Source of the DNA: Camelus dromedarius
Taxonomy: Eukaryota
Direction: 5' to 3'
Length of the DNA: 64,000 nt
Assembly (NCBI RefSeq): GCF_036321535.1
Contig: NC_087437.1
Span: 56,732,001-56,796,000 of the forward strand
Shown: in pieces, positions 1 through 13,854 of the stretch
How positions within the stretch are numbered: position 1 is the stretch's first letter
How the letters are laid out: each line of letters starts with the position of its first letter
The notes under the pieces: model-generated
The model's database searches: none
Seen by the model: the letters and a program-made list of their open reading frames with translations, nothing else
What the model was told of the DNA's origin: nothing
Program-made: the position numbers and the translations under genes

Positions 1-154
1 TTGACAGGAACTAAAAAAATATGTATCATTTCAACCAATGTTTACTGGAAATTATTCTTGGGAAATCACTGTGTTTGACACAAGATCCCTGAACCCAGAA
101 AGTACAGCTATGTAAATGTTTTTATATTATAATTGTTTTATAGTTACCTTTCTT

Positions 155-192
155 AAGACTATACTTTCAGGGATCATTTCTATAGTTCATTA
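155..192 (+). pseudogene. SNORD3: 5' fragment of U3 snoRNA (tailless, 3'-truncated retrocopy)
   Basis: AAGACTATACTTTCAGGGATCATTTCTATAGTTCATTA matches the recalled 5' end of mammalian U3. Flanked by the direct repeat TTATAGTTACCTTTCTTAAG (138-157 and 190-209). Confidence 0.88.
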
Positions 193-403
193 TAGTTACC
201 TTTCTTAAGTTTAAATATACACATATTAACTCCTATTTCCAATTGAGATTGTATAGGGGTAAATGATATTATACTATATGGATTATTTTAGGCAGATTTC
301 ATATAAACAAATGGGAGGAACAATCTATTCTTTATTCCCTTGTGTAATATTTTCGTTAATATTCTAATTGTGAAATTCGAACTATTATCAACCACATAAA
401 TTT

Positions 404-873
404 TTTAAATTATTTTTTAATTTTTTTATTTGAAGTATAGTTGATTTACAGTATTGTGTTAGCTTTAGGTGTGCAGCAAAGTGATTCAGTTATACATATA
501 TATATTCATTTAGCAGATTCTTTTCCATTATAGGTTATTATAAGATATTGACTATAGCTCCCTGTGTGATACAGTAGGTTCTTGTTGTTTATCTATTTTA
601 TATATAGTAGTGTGTATCTGTTAATCCCAAACTTCTAATTTATCCTTCCCCCTTTTTCCCCTTTGATAACCATAAATTTATTTTTTACATCTATGAGTCT
701 CTTTCCGTTCTATAAATAAGTTCATTTGTATCATTTTTTTTTTAGATTCCACATATAAATGATATTATATGATACTTGTCTTTCTCTGTCTGACTTATCT
801 CACTTAGTGTGATAATCTCTAGGTCCATCCATGCTGCTGCAAACGGCATTATTTCATTCTTTTTTATGGCTGA
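404..873 (-). mobile_element. 5'-truncated LINE-1 3' end
   Basis: T-rich tail followed by the typical L1 3'UTR antisense sequence (GAAGTATAGTTGATTTACA...AGATTCCACATATAA...CTCTAGGTCCATCCATG). 17-bp TSD ATCAACCACATAAATTT at 387-403 and 874-890. Confidence 0.9.
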
Positions 874-3536
874 ATCAACCACATAAATTTACGTACAACA
901 ATACAATATGATATGCTTTTTTCACATGCAGGGTCTTCACTGATTCTCACAACACTTTCTGGAGTAGGAAGAACAGGTAATAATTGTTGATGAGAACACT
1001 AATGGATACAATGTTCTTTCTTCTTCTAGGTCCTATGATCTGATAACAACCTACTGAGTAAGGGCTCAAAATTAGATTGTCTTACTTCTGCCTCAACTTT
1101 TTAATACATAGAGCTGGCTCTAATCCCACTGGCACCTCACTCTTATCAGACTATATCAGCAGCTTAACTTTGGATGCTACTCAAGAAGGAACAAGAGACA
1201 CATCGGGGAACTACACTCACTCACCTGTGTCCTTTATTTCAAATTGATGCTGCTGGCTTAATCTCCCTCCTTCTCTCCCATCTTCCTTTCCTTTCATTCA
1301 CAAATATTTATTTTGAATTTATATAATGAGCCAAACTAGAGATACAGCAATGAACACAACAAAGTTCCTCCCTAATAGAATGTATAAACTTAGACTTATA
1401 AGAACTCAGTCAACTGATAAATGCATAATGTACATACCTTAACTTTCAGAGCCTGCTGGAACTTGAGTCTAGTGGTAGGTCTAGAAGCAAACAGAGGTGG
1501 GGATTCTGAAAAGAATCAACAGAGCTTTGCAATTTAGGGAAAGCCATTGGGGCTTCTTTAGGCAAATCAGTTTAATCTTCTTAGACGTGAATGTAATGGA
1601 AACGTCTACTGGCAAAGAGGGCTCATCAGAACGTATAGGTTATTGTTTCCAGCTTCATCGGGAACTTCCCGCAAGTCTGCATTCCTGTTTTTAGGATCCC
1701 ATTTTATTCCAATCAATACCCTTATTTTAACAGTAGAGCTCTGTGAAGTGGAGAATTCAATTTGCATTATAATTCAGCCACTCTCAGGATGAGGCTCTGG
1801 GTTTGGTTTTCAACAGTTTCAGCTCTGTCACTAAAGGAGATAAGGGTTTCTTTCAGGGCAAGCCTAGAAACTTTCAGGTCATTTATGATGTGCTCAAGCT
1901 GATAATTTGAATCCTGAGCTTATCCTTTTCTTTCCCCACTGTGTCCAGCACAATAGGAGTAAACAACCAATCTCATTATACTCATTAGTTTGGCAAAAAA
2001 AAAAAAAGTTCTAAATATCAAATATACTATATTCCTACAATTATGTGTACACACAACATTCACATTTCCCCTCTTTCTCTATACATACATATGAAACTTC
2101 AATAAAAAGAAATGTTTTCAATTTCATCTTTTTAAGGACATAAGGAAATGTATTTGGTGAGCACTGTGTGTGAGAAAGTTATTTTTGAAACTGCTACAGC
2201 CATTGTGGAACTAAGAGGGGATAAGACTTCACAGGTGGAAAGAACCTGGACCCTTAATGACATGGTTGATTAAATGAATCAAATAACCATCAAATGTCCA
2301 GTCACTGATTTCATATTATATGAAATTACAAATATTCTTATGGTGTAAACTCCTTTGAGTTGAGTCTTGTTACTTGCATTAGATTATTTTAACTGATACA
2401 CATATTATAGACAGTTGACAGAAAATATTTGAGTCAATACATTTTAGTGCAGGAGAAAACATTTTGGCATCATATACCTTCGTTTGATAAATTGTTATGA
2501 AACTGTGGCAGTGCCAGAATTAGAATCCAAATAATTTTAAGTTTATTGTTCTTTCTTCTGCATTACTCAGTTCATGAATATCCAGAATATTCATCATTGT
2601 TCTGATATCAAGGGTCTATTATCCATATGTGTTTGTCTTCTGTTCTTACCCGTAAGACAGCATGAAATCATTTTTAAAATATTTTTCTGATTGGTAACTA
2701 GTGGTTTCTAGATATGACATTGCCTTATTATACCAAAGAAATTAGTTTTTTCCTCCATATCCTGACATTATATGAAATAGAAATTCTTGAGTGAACTCAC
2801 ACTGTTTTTTAGCTATCCATCTTCCAGATGTGTTGTCCAAAACTATCATCTGTTTCACATTGAGCACATCCATCTAGTTCCACGAAAGTTTCAAAGAATA
2901 ACCCAAGCTGAACTGAAATTAGTTCTTTGTCACAGCTTTCCAGCCTGTCAAGTGCTGAGGATGAGAGATCATTGGCATGCAGTGTGGCTTGTCAACTTTT
3001 AAATAAAGCACAGTAAAATCTGGAAAGATAGATGTTGTGATGGCCAACATTTTCATGTACTATATTTCACTTATAAACAAACATTGACAAGTGTAAATAG
3101 TTTTAAATATTCAGCAAATATTCAGTTATGTCATTTTTCTTAAATTAAAAAAAAAATTCTTTCCTATTGAATTTTCCCATTTAGAATCTCACACAAAAAG
3201 GGAATTATAGAATATTAGACATGATTAGAATGTTAGAGAACACCATTTTAAAGCTGAAAAAACTAAGGTCTGACAAGGTTCACAATCATAGAACAACTGT
3301 TAAGAGGTAGAGTCATGACTTGATTCTTTCAGTTTTTTCATTAATGGTAGGTAGAATATCAAGATATTATTTAATTTGCCCAAGTTCTTCCAGTAAAACA
3401 CGAGGAAGTCAGAATTCAAATATGTCTCGATCCCCAAGTTCAAACTTCCAGCCATAAGGCTATTCCAACCTAAAATTGTGAAGTTTTGCCACTTGAATCT
3501 CAGCAATTAGTTCATTTAGGAAATAACTGAGTACCT

Positions 3537-3647
3537 TTTAAGTTCTACACATTGGACAAAATACTAAGTAACTAATGGTGAATAAACAATCCTTTAAGTT
3601 CTACACATTGGACAAAATACTAAGTAACTAATGGTGAATAAACAATC
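3537..3647. repeat. Two-copy tandem duplication, 56-bp period
   Basis: TTTAAGTTCTACACATTGGACAAAATACTAAGTAACTAATGGTGAATAAACAATC occurs twice in tandem. Confidence 0.9.
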
Positions 3648-4125
3648 ATTTTCCTTAGTTACATTAAATAGACAAAGTGTGGAGACAGTGGAAACAGGAA
3701 ACAAGATAATGTTGTCTGGAAAGACAAATGTTAAGTGACATTTTGTGGCACCAGAGGATTAAGCAAGAAGAGTCTTGGTTTTGATTTGGAAAAGGGATGA
3801 GAGAAGGAATAGTAGGAGAATGCAGCATATCAGAGAGCAAGAACATATGTATGAAAATCTCTGAATTAAGAAAGAGTTGCATGTGGCTGGTGCAGAGTGA
3901 GCAATTGAACGATAGCATGGAATGAGGTTAGAGAGATGGGAAATGAAAACATCATGTGAAGATTCATAGTCAGTCTTTAACTAAGAGAAGTTTGGAAGAG
4001 ATAATGTGAAATATTTGACAGAGCAGATGTACAGTCATCTTGGAGAGTCAGTAGACATAGTAAGATTGCTAGGCTATGCTGAGAACCTACTTACTTTGAG
4101 ATCGTGAATTTAGAGTGAAACTATT

Positions 4126-4555
4126 TGTGTTAGATTGATAAATGGTCTCCAAAAGGTATTGGAACCTGTGAATGTTAACTTACATCCTAATGTTTTTACA
4201 AGATGTGATTGATGAGGGAATTATCCAAGAGTATCCAGGTAGACTCTAAATGCCATCATAAATATCCTTATACACACAGAAGAAGAAAAGGAAGTGTGAT
4301 CACAAAGCAGAAACTGAAATGATGTAGCCTCATGGCAAGTAATGCTAGCAGTCACCAGAAGCTGGAAAAGTCAAGGAGTGTATTCTCCACAACAGCCTCT
4401 GGAGGGAGAGTGGTCCTAACAACAGTTGATTTCAGTCCAATGACAATGATTTCAGGGACTTTTGGCCTCCAGAACTGTGAGGGAATAATTTCCTGTTGCT
4501 TTAAGCCAACTAATTCGTAGTGATTTGTTACAGCAGTCTTAGGAGACCAAGATAG
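4126..4555 (+). mobile_element. MaLR solo LTR (MLT1-type)
   Basis: Characteristic motifs GGAACCTGTGAATGTT, CCAGAAGCTGGAAAAG, TGGCCTCCAGAACTGTGAG and TGTTGCTTTAAGCCA...TTTGTTACAGCAG. Confidence 0.8.
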
Positions 4556-6169
4556 TATTTTACGCAGTTGCATGACTCCTTCTGCTGCTCTGGTATTGTC
4601 GCAGAAATGATGGACGGTTGAGTTATTTTTACAGTGATGATGGAGGCAGGAAGGGAAATGGAATCCTGGGTGTTTTCAAAGTAATGGAACGATAGCAATA
4701 GTGAAATATGGAGTCTGAGCTGGTCAGGAGGGAAAACGAAGATTGAATGGAACTTGTGGATAATGAAAATATGAAGGCATTAAAGAGCAGAGGTCATGAC
4801 GTGGTGGAAGAACCATGGTAAGTGTAGTATAGTACTTAACATTTATCAAATGTCGAATGACATTAAATCAAATACCAGATGTAGAATTCTTGTGTATTGC
4901 CAAGCTCAAAACTCAGCACTGAATTGTAACCAGTGGAGACGACAAAATTGGAGATGTTGCAAATTGGAGGCTTGAGCAAGGAAGCCACTTCCCAGAACTA
5001 CATCAGAAACTTCACGCTGTACAATGAAAACTGACAAATTAGAATCATGAGCATATCTACTAATAAAACACTGGATTCAAGTACTCATTGAGAAATTAAC
5101 AAAAGAATGAAACATTTTAATAATATTTTGGTTACTCCCACACTCCTTCTGCATGAGGAAAGTACTTTAGTATTTTAATGTTTTCCTGAATTAAAAAAAT
5201 AAAAAAAGTGTCCTCTAAAACAGAAGTCAAACTGATAACTAGGTGCTTCCCTGGCATTCTAAGTCAAAAGATTAAAAACTCAAAAGGCACATAAAGAAGA
5301 GAAATTTTACATTTGGGAAGGGTTGTGTTCTTAATTTTTAGTTGGAACTTTCTAATTAAATTATTTTTCAGAAAATTAATAAAACTGTTTTTTAAGTATA
5401 AATAGAACAGATGTATCCTTCTTGGACTCACTTTACATGTAACATTTCTAGATAGAATGCTTATGAATACATTAGAGACCATCAAATTACTTCTGTTCAT
5501 AAGCATTTATTCTATGTACATTTTCTTTATGGTCCTTAAATCATTTTTAGTGTAAAGTACTAGACATAAGCTTTAATTCTATTCCAGGTAGCTCAGCTCA
5601 GTTCAACTTAGTGCGACACCTACATGCAGTAGTTACTGAGCATCTATTTTGTGAAAGCCCTATGCCTGATCTAGAATTTTCAGGCAGGGTTGACCCTGTG
5701 CCCACAATAATCTTACACTTCAGTAAAGGTGAAGATCACAGGTATATGATATTCTCTGGACTAATAATATCATACATTTGTTCTCCATCTCGCCCAGCTA
5801 ATCTTTACTCTCCCTGTCACTTCACAGGATCATCAAGAGAAAAGCATTTAGTATATGACCCATCTAGGGATTCATAGTCCTTCAGAGCTGGAGATTATAA
5901 TGAGAAATAGTCTTCACCAAAGGTATTAAGAAATTCTCACTCCAAAAGGAGTTGGAATGGCAGATTTTGGTTGGCATATGGAGCTGGAGTCCTATATCAT
6001 ATGTATAGTTGAATTCCTTGTCCTACCCTCTGAATATTTTTTCTCCATTTTCAAATTCTCAAGGCCTTGTACCATCATCTTAATATTCAAATTTCATAGC
6101 TATGAAGATCCAATTCATGCTGCTTTGCTGTAGGGCATAGTGCCTCGAAATGTAAAATTTCTACCTGCA

Positions 6170-6600
6170 ACCAGTGGTGTGCTAAGTATTTAGCAACCAG
6201 CTCTGTGATGGTGGATTGAGCCCCTGTTTTTAATATTTGTCAACTTCCATGATGTAAATACTCCCTATATGGCTAGTTTCAAACTGCCAACATGAAGTTA
6301 CTGAATGCATAGTTGGAAGGAGATAAGCTGTAGTTTACTAGAAATATCTAATATTGCTACCATAGAGATATAACATATGTAACCTCAAGAGCAGAGGTAG
6401 TAATAAATAACTGTATTTATTATAAGAATATTAATAATAATAAATCAATTACCATGGTAAAATAACTAAGACATAGTAAGTTTGAAGTATTCATTATCTC
6501 TAGTTTAAGATTTAATTTATTTAATTATAAATTTATATGATTTAATTCTTAAAAAGTTAACAGTCAGCTCTTGTGAGCTAGCAGGAGCTGACACCAGAGT
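6170..6600. mobile_element. Probable ancient hAT-type DNA transposon relic
   Basis: Starts CAGTGGTGTGCT...CAACCAGCTCT and ends with a related GAGCTG...CCAG. Family not identified. Confidence 0.4.
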
Positions 6601-9600
6601 TTCTGTCAGTCTGAAGGGTGCTTAATGACCAAAAGAGTGCTGTAGAGTGACACCTACCAGCTGCCAAGTAGCTGTCATTTGGATTAAGCACTCTCGATGC
6701 TAAACCACAATAAGCAAAAACTGCTCACATGCAACGTTGCATTGTCTATCAGCAATTCAAGTCTTATGGTCACTTTACCTTACGGGTTTCTAAGTAAATA
6801 GATTTGCTACATAAATTATCTCAATAATTTATTTCATAGTCTAGATTTAAATCGCTTCATCAAAGGAAAGATAATATGTTGGGTTACCTGGTTTTTGCCT
6901 TAGCTTTATTTTTCAAATATACTGTAAAATGGCACCACCGTGTGGTTGAAATAAACATTTTTCTCAGAAATCCCACACTGCAGCAACACAGTGAATCAGA
7001 CCAGTTACTGTCATTCATTAATTCATTCAACAAATATTTTCTGAGCACCTACCTTGTGTTGATCTATGTTCTTTGTCCTGGGAACACTGTAAACAAAACA
7101 AACACATTCTCTGACTCCTTAAATCTCACATTCACTGTTCACACTTTCTTTGATTAAACAAACTGTATCAAACATTAAAATACAAAAGCACATCTCTTCA
7201 ATTGTTTTACTGGTTTAAGAAAAAGAAGACAAAATAAGTTTTAGTTCTGGCTTTGTCATTGACTAGCTATGTAAAAATACTCACTTTTTACTCATGGGAC
7301 TCAGCTTTTAATAGATTGTTTCAGATAAATGGCTCCTAACTGATAATACAATAAAACAATGAAGATGTTTTTCTAAGGGGGAAAAAAAAGACAGACATTA
7401 ACATATTACAAAGTTTGCCTACAAGGTTAGGAGGTTTATAACCTCCCTGAATATTACCTATGGTCTCTGAAGATTCACCTGCACATAAAGTTAAGGTCTA
7501 TTGGATTAGGTGATTTCTAGTATCTCTTCTAGCTATAACAATAATTTGGTCCAATCCCACGGTAAAGCTGGAGTTTATATTCAAGGCTCCTACCTTCCAA
7601 GCCCTCCCAGTCCATCCACTGAATGTTATAAGTGCCGCCTCATGGCACTGTTTCTCCTTCTTGTAACTTCCTACCCTCAGCGATGAAGTTTTGCATGAGT
7701 GAGGTGACCACATCCTGTATTCTCCAAACCAGGACAATTCTGAGAGTGAAATGGAAGGAAAGTTGCATCAACAAATATTCACCTCATAAGTTGATTATAA
7801 AAATTAAAATAGTTAATGCATTAAATGAGCTCAGAATAGTGGTTGACATACAGTAAGAATCCTGTAAATCTTAGTCCTTAACCAGTAATCATGGGCAACT
7901 AGCTGAATCTCTACTGTTTTCCCTGCCATTTTCTCTCTTCTATTTACCTTTTCACTCTGTTTCCAAAAGCATTTTTGTAAAGTACAAATATTCTGTTCCT
8001 TTCACTCCTGATAAACCTATTCATCGGTTTTCCATTGCACACAGAACACACAAATTCTCTTTAATCTGGACTCTGGCTATATTTCAAAACATTCCTCCGT
8101 ATCAGTCCTCCCAACACTCACCTTCAGTTTGGCTACAGCTCTTCCAAACCCAGCCCCTAGCTTCTACCCCCACACCTTGGTACCCACCTTTGGTATTGTT
8201 CCTCCTAAATTTTACTTATCAGAATCCTTCTCACATTGTAAGTCTCTGCTCAGGCCCCTCTAGTTAACATCAGACAGAAGTGTTTTTCCTTCTCTGTTTT
8301 AATTTATAATAATATTAGCTATTATCTATTAAACTCACATGAAGTGTCAGGCACTTTTCTAAATAAGCTCTTTGAATGACATTATCTCTCAGCATGTCGG
8401 AAAGAGAAACACAGACACATTTAACTGTAATTCAAAGTGCGGAGCAGTCAGACTCAGAAGTCAGAGCTGTGTTTGTGTTTCTCAGAGCAGGATACCGTGG
8501 CGGTTGAACATGTGGGCTCCAGAATAAGACAGCCCGGGTGGAACACAGGCTCTATAATTTATTAGTTTTGTGCATGTTTTGGGGCATGTTTTTCTTTTTT
8601 TTTTTTTTTTTTGCCCTCTCTGAAACTATTTATATATAATTAGTCATAAAGACAATTTTCACATACACGATTACTGTGGCACTTAAATTGTGAACATCTG
8701 AAACAAAAGATTGAATTTTTACACTCTCTGCTGTGTTTCTCACAGCGTAATCTCAAAGGCGCTGCCTACACAAGAGGGAAGTACTTTTCGACCATGTCAT
8801 TCAAATATTCAGCATGTCAGCAGGCCCTCGTACTGACTTAATGAAGGATTTGTGGATGTTTCCTGGGCAAGAACATGGAAATAGCTGAGGAAAAAAAAAA
8901 AATTCTGCCTTCAAAAGGGAAGTTTCTAAATTCAAATGTAGTCAGATTTGGGAGACACAGCGAAGCTGACTTGATTGCTCTAAACGTGTGAGTTCTTCAC
9001 ATGACTTTCTTTCCTTCCTGGGGTGTGTCCAGTTGGACAACTGCATCCTTCAAAGTGACAATTTCCAGAGAAGACCATATATTGATTTTCAAAGGTTGCA
9101 AAGTCCTATAAACCCATTAAGAAAAGATAACAAAAAGAACTGCAGATGGGTGACAAATGGTTTCAAAACCACCCTGTGAAAATTGTGTGCTGCGAAATGT
9201 CTTGTTAGTTAGGCTGAAATAGGGCTGAAATATGGCGGGGCAGCTGGGGCAGGAAAGTGCGGGTGAAGATCTTCTCTATAGAGGTTGGTCATTATATAAA
9301 TACAGAGTTTCACTGTGGGTTTTTGTTTGTTTGTTTGTTTGTTTGTTTCTTTGTTTGTTTTTCCCCTCTCTCGACTTTTTAAAGTGTTGGGCTTTCCCTG
9401 ACTCTGCACAGCTGCAGGTGTTAGGAAAACATCCGGGGATAATCACCGGTAGGTCGCGCTGGGCGCGAGCAGCGCCCTTCCAAGTGGTTTTTCATTCTCC
9501 TTTCTCTACGCTTTCCTTTCTACAATGCCAGAGTAAACTTTCTCATGCAAACCCTGAGCACGTTACACCCTCCTCAAAAATCCCACTGCCTTTGAACTAG

Positions 9601-10724
9601 ACTAAAACTATTTAGCCTAGCATCTAATGGTTTTCTCAGCAAGACGGGTTCCTCTCTCCCAGGGGTGGTTCCCCCACCTTCCCTCTCCCTCCTTTACATC
9701 CCAGCCAGCTTTTATTTCACTCTCTCTGATCACACGTCCACATTTTCTTCCTCTACTCTTTCGTCTTCATTCCTGCCACTTCTTTTATTTGAAATGTACT
9801 TGTTGACATCCGTTTTCCAGCTTTTCCTATGCAGGGTGGAGCAGCTTTAACAATAAAAAAGAGAAAAAATAATAATAATAAAAGCGCAATATCTGAGGAT
9901 CAGGTTGAACTGTGTAAAATCACATTAGAAATAAAAATTCAAATACTGGCAATTTATTAAGGTTCAGTGTATTAATTTATAGTATACAGGTATTTTCACA
10001 AATATTATTTCATTTGGTCGTCACAATGACCTGTGAAATAGCTGGAATGGAGGCTCAGCAATATTCATTGACTTGTTCAGTATCACTTAGGTGGTAAAGA
10101 AACGGAGCTAAAATTTGAAGTCAGCTCTCCTGAAACCGTGTATTCCAATTTCAAAGACTATACTTCTTAAAGAAGACTTGACTTTTGCAAGTTTTCCAAC
10201 TTGTATAATTCCTCCTTTGTTTCTCCTTTATGGAATACCCTTACAATATTTAAATAAAGAAATCCAGCTATTAATAAGTAATGCTGATTATGTGTATCTT
10301 TATTTTCAAATTTTAATTTAGCCTAAATAAATCCTTGGGGTCCAATACATAATGCAGGATATTATGCATAAAGAAATATTATACCTGTTTCTAAGGAAAT
10401 TCAATTAAGCTAATAAAATTGATTAGCATCTTTAGATCATGAAAGTCAATTAAAAAGCACCAGCAGGAAGCATCTCCATCTATACTCCCTATGATACAGA
10501 CTTTTCAGTGGTAACTTTTGAGCAAATTAAGCAAGTCACACATTTTCCCAGCAGTCTACACCACCAACGGCAACTCACTGAAAAGTAAACATTATGAATA
10601 TATTTTGCACTTTTCAGAATTACAGAAGACTTTTACTGAAAGAGAAGATGCTCTTGTATACTTTTTAAAATGGTTCTTGCCTCCTGGAAAGAATCTAAAA
10701 CAGCTTTCTTCCTTTGCTGGGATT

Positions 10725-12140
10725 GATGTTTATAATTTTAAATTGGCTTTATCCGGGTATAATTTACTTACAGTGAATTTTGATAAATATTCATTGATCA
10801 TATAAACACCACCAAAACCACCATACAGAGTCAATCCTCCCAAAAGTTTCCCAGTCTTTTTCAGCCAATCCCCTTCCCTCTTACCGGGCTTGTGGCAACC
10901 ACTGATCTACTTTCAGCCACTGTAGTTCTGAGTGTTCTGGAATTTCATATAAATGGGATCATATAGTACACAGTAGTTTATGTTTGGGTTCTTTCACATA
11001 GCACTTTTTTAAAATAAACTTTATTGTAGGACTGTTTTAGATTTACTATGATGGCAAACATTGTACAGAGTTCCCATATATGCCACATTTCACTGACTAT
11101 TAATATCTTACATTAATATGTACATTTGTTAAAATTAATAAACCAATATTGATATATTTGTATTCCCAAAGTGAAGACAATATTTTATTCATATTTTCTT
11201 CATTTTTACTCTCATCTTCTTTCTATTCCAAAACCCCATCCAGATACCAAATCACATATAATAATCATGTCTCCTTTGGCTCAAATTTGCTATGAAAATT
11301 GTCAGACTTTCCTCATTTTTTATTGAAGTATGGTTTATTTACAGTATTATGTCAGTTTTAGATGTACAACATAGTGATTCAATATTTTATAGGCTATACT
11401 CCATTTAAGGTTATTATAAAATATTGGCTACATTCCCCCATGCTATACAATATGCCTTGTAGATTATTTATTATATACATAGTAGTTTGTACCTCTCAGT
11501 CCCCTACACCTATCTTGCCTCTCCCTCTTTCCCTCTCCCTACTGGTAAACATTAGTTTGTTTTTTCTATCTGTGAATCTGTTTCTGTTTTGTTATATTTA
11601 TTTATTATTATATTTTAGATTTCACATGTAAGTGATAACATACAGTATTTGTCTTTCTTTTTCTGACTCATTTCACAAAGCATAATATATTCCAAGTCCA
11701 TCAATGTTGTTAAAAAATGACAAAATTTTATTCTTTTTTATGGCTGAGTAATATTCCATTGTGTGTGTTTGTACATGTGTGTGTATATCTAGCTATCTAT
11801 CTATCTAGCTATCTATATAACTTCTTATTTATCCATTCATTTGTAGATACACATTTATATTGCTTCCATATCTTGGTTATTGTAAATAATGCTGCTATGA
11901 CTGTATATCTTTTCAAGTTAGTGTTTTCATTTTTTTCAGACACACATCCAGGAGTAGAATTGCTGGATCATATGGTAGTTCAATTTTTAATTTTTTGAGG
12001 AACCCCTATACTGTTTTCCATAGTGGCTGCACCAATTTGCATTCCCATCAAGAGTGTACGAGGGTTGTGTTTCCTCCATATTCTCACCAACATTTGTTAT
12101 TAGTAGCCTTTCAATGATAGCCATTGTCACAGGTGTGAGA
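10725..12140 (-). mobile_element. Cluster of antisense LINE-1 3' fragments (older L1M plus a younger copy at ~11316-12140)
   Basis: L1 3'UTR/ORF2-end antisense motifs: GGCAACCACTGATCT, TTTATTGAAGTATGG, TTGCTGGATCATATGGTAGTTC, CCATAGTGGCTGCACCAATTT. Confidence 0.8.
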
Positions 12141-13441
12141 TTTCTTAGGGTAGATCCCAAGGTTTTGATCTAAGAGTAATTGAGCAATACACTGAAGTGG
12201 CATCAATTTCTCTGTGTAAGGTTTTTCCAGTCAGTTTGGTGGGAGCAAGAATTATTCCCAGGCCATTTTGGGATCTTGCTATTGCTCTGCCTTCCCCTTT
12301 ATGTTGATTCTCTCCTAGCCTCTGGTTGTGTCCTCTGATGTGTGTACAGATAACACTCAGCTGAAGACCCAAGTGGACCGCTCTGAAGATCTCCTGTGAC
12401 TTCCATCTGTGCAGTTCCTTCTTCTCTCGTATCCTGCCCCCCAACTCTAACCACTTTCATCTTTTTGATATCTGTTTAGATGACTCTATTCTGTCCTTAA
12501 TTCATTAAGAACATCAAGTTCTGTTTGGTTTCTTTTTCCTGAGTGTAGCCTAGACACACACTCTAGACATTAAGCTAATGAAATTTTACAGTTTACCTGT
12601 TTCCCTTCTCTCAGGGATTATGGTTCTACATGGCTTCATATGTTTTGTCTCTTTGTTGAGTTATTTAAATATAAAGATAAATCCCCTCTCTGTTACTTCA
12701 TCTTAGCTCAAGTGGAAGTTAATATTAGTATTTTATGAGCTTTTAAAAGAATATTTGCAGTTTTAATATTGCTGTATTTATGGATTTCCCCATGTAGTAT
12801 GTTAATTCACATAGTTTGCTCCACACTGTGCTTATATTTTTGTTAATTTTATAAGGGTGCACTATCACTCCCTGTATCAAGTATTAGAGTTTTTTGGTTT
12901 CATTTTGGGGGTTTTTTTGCTATAAAAATGGAACAACACAACAAAGGACATGAAGTCCAGAGACTGTAGAACTTTCTGCTTAAGGTCGCCTAGGTTTAAG
13001 TAACACTCAATCGTATTTTGCTACTTTGAAGGGTGGGAATATACAATAAATTTAATTGGTGAAAGGGAAAAAGAAGAGATACAGTTTAAGAGGTAGAGAT
13101 GTAGGTAAACACTAAAAACTAATACACTGTGAGCTCATGAAAAGATGAGGACTAATTCTATATCCTTTACATTGTCAATCACATGACTTGTGTATAACAG
13201 TTGGTTAAATTGAATTGAAAATATGGAAAAAATTATTTTTTTATGATCTTGTGAGATTTGGGGCAAGAGCTCCATGTACCCTTGATTTTAATAAATGCTT
13301 TGAAATTTGAAGATGATAATAGTATTATTAGATGTGTATTGTATAATGTATTATTATAAGTGTAAAATTAGAAATGAAATAGTCTTAATCACAATTACAA
13401 TATGCTTTGAAATGCTGTACTTGCACTTGATCTGAAGTGTG

Positions 13442-13854
13442 TGTTGACGGAGGCCATCAAGAGGTCATGACCTCTGATTGATTAGAGAGCTGGACCCTGG
13501 CAATCAGAAGTTCCTCAGTCCTCCCCTGTCCTTGGAATGTACATTCCACCCACAGTTCCTGTAATGGGAGCAGTTTACAAGGACACAGCCTTGAGAGAAC
13601 AATGTGCTGTTGAGACCATTTGGGCATTGAATGACTGATCCCAATTAAGGCCTCTATATGAAAACTTGAAGTTTGCTGGGCTGGTGCAGAGATCTGCTTA
13701 TTTTGCGTCATTCAAGACAAGCCTCAAATGGAAGTTCCCTTGCTGATTAAACCTGTCACCTACCAATTTGGAGTACTCCATTTGCCCTCCACATACGAAG
13801 AATAGGGAGGCATTTCAGATTTCACCTGGGAACTCTTAAGTTTTTGAACCAACA
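13442..13854 (+). mobile_element. ERV1-type solo LTR
   Basis: TGTTG...CAACA termini, TATA-like CTATATGAAA and ATTAAA poly(A) signal. No clean TSD seen. Confidence 0.6.

Noticed and set aside
9232..9600. 122-aa hydrophobic ORF
   Set aside because: Hydrophobicity comes from a (GTTT)n microsatellite; no recognisable homology.
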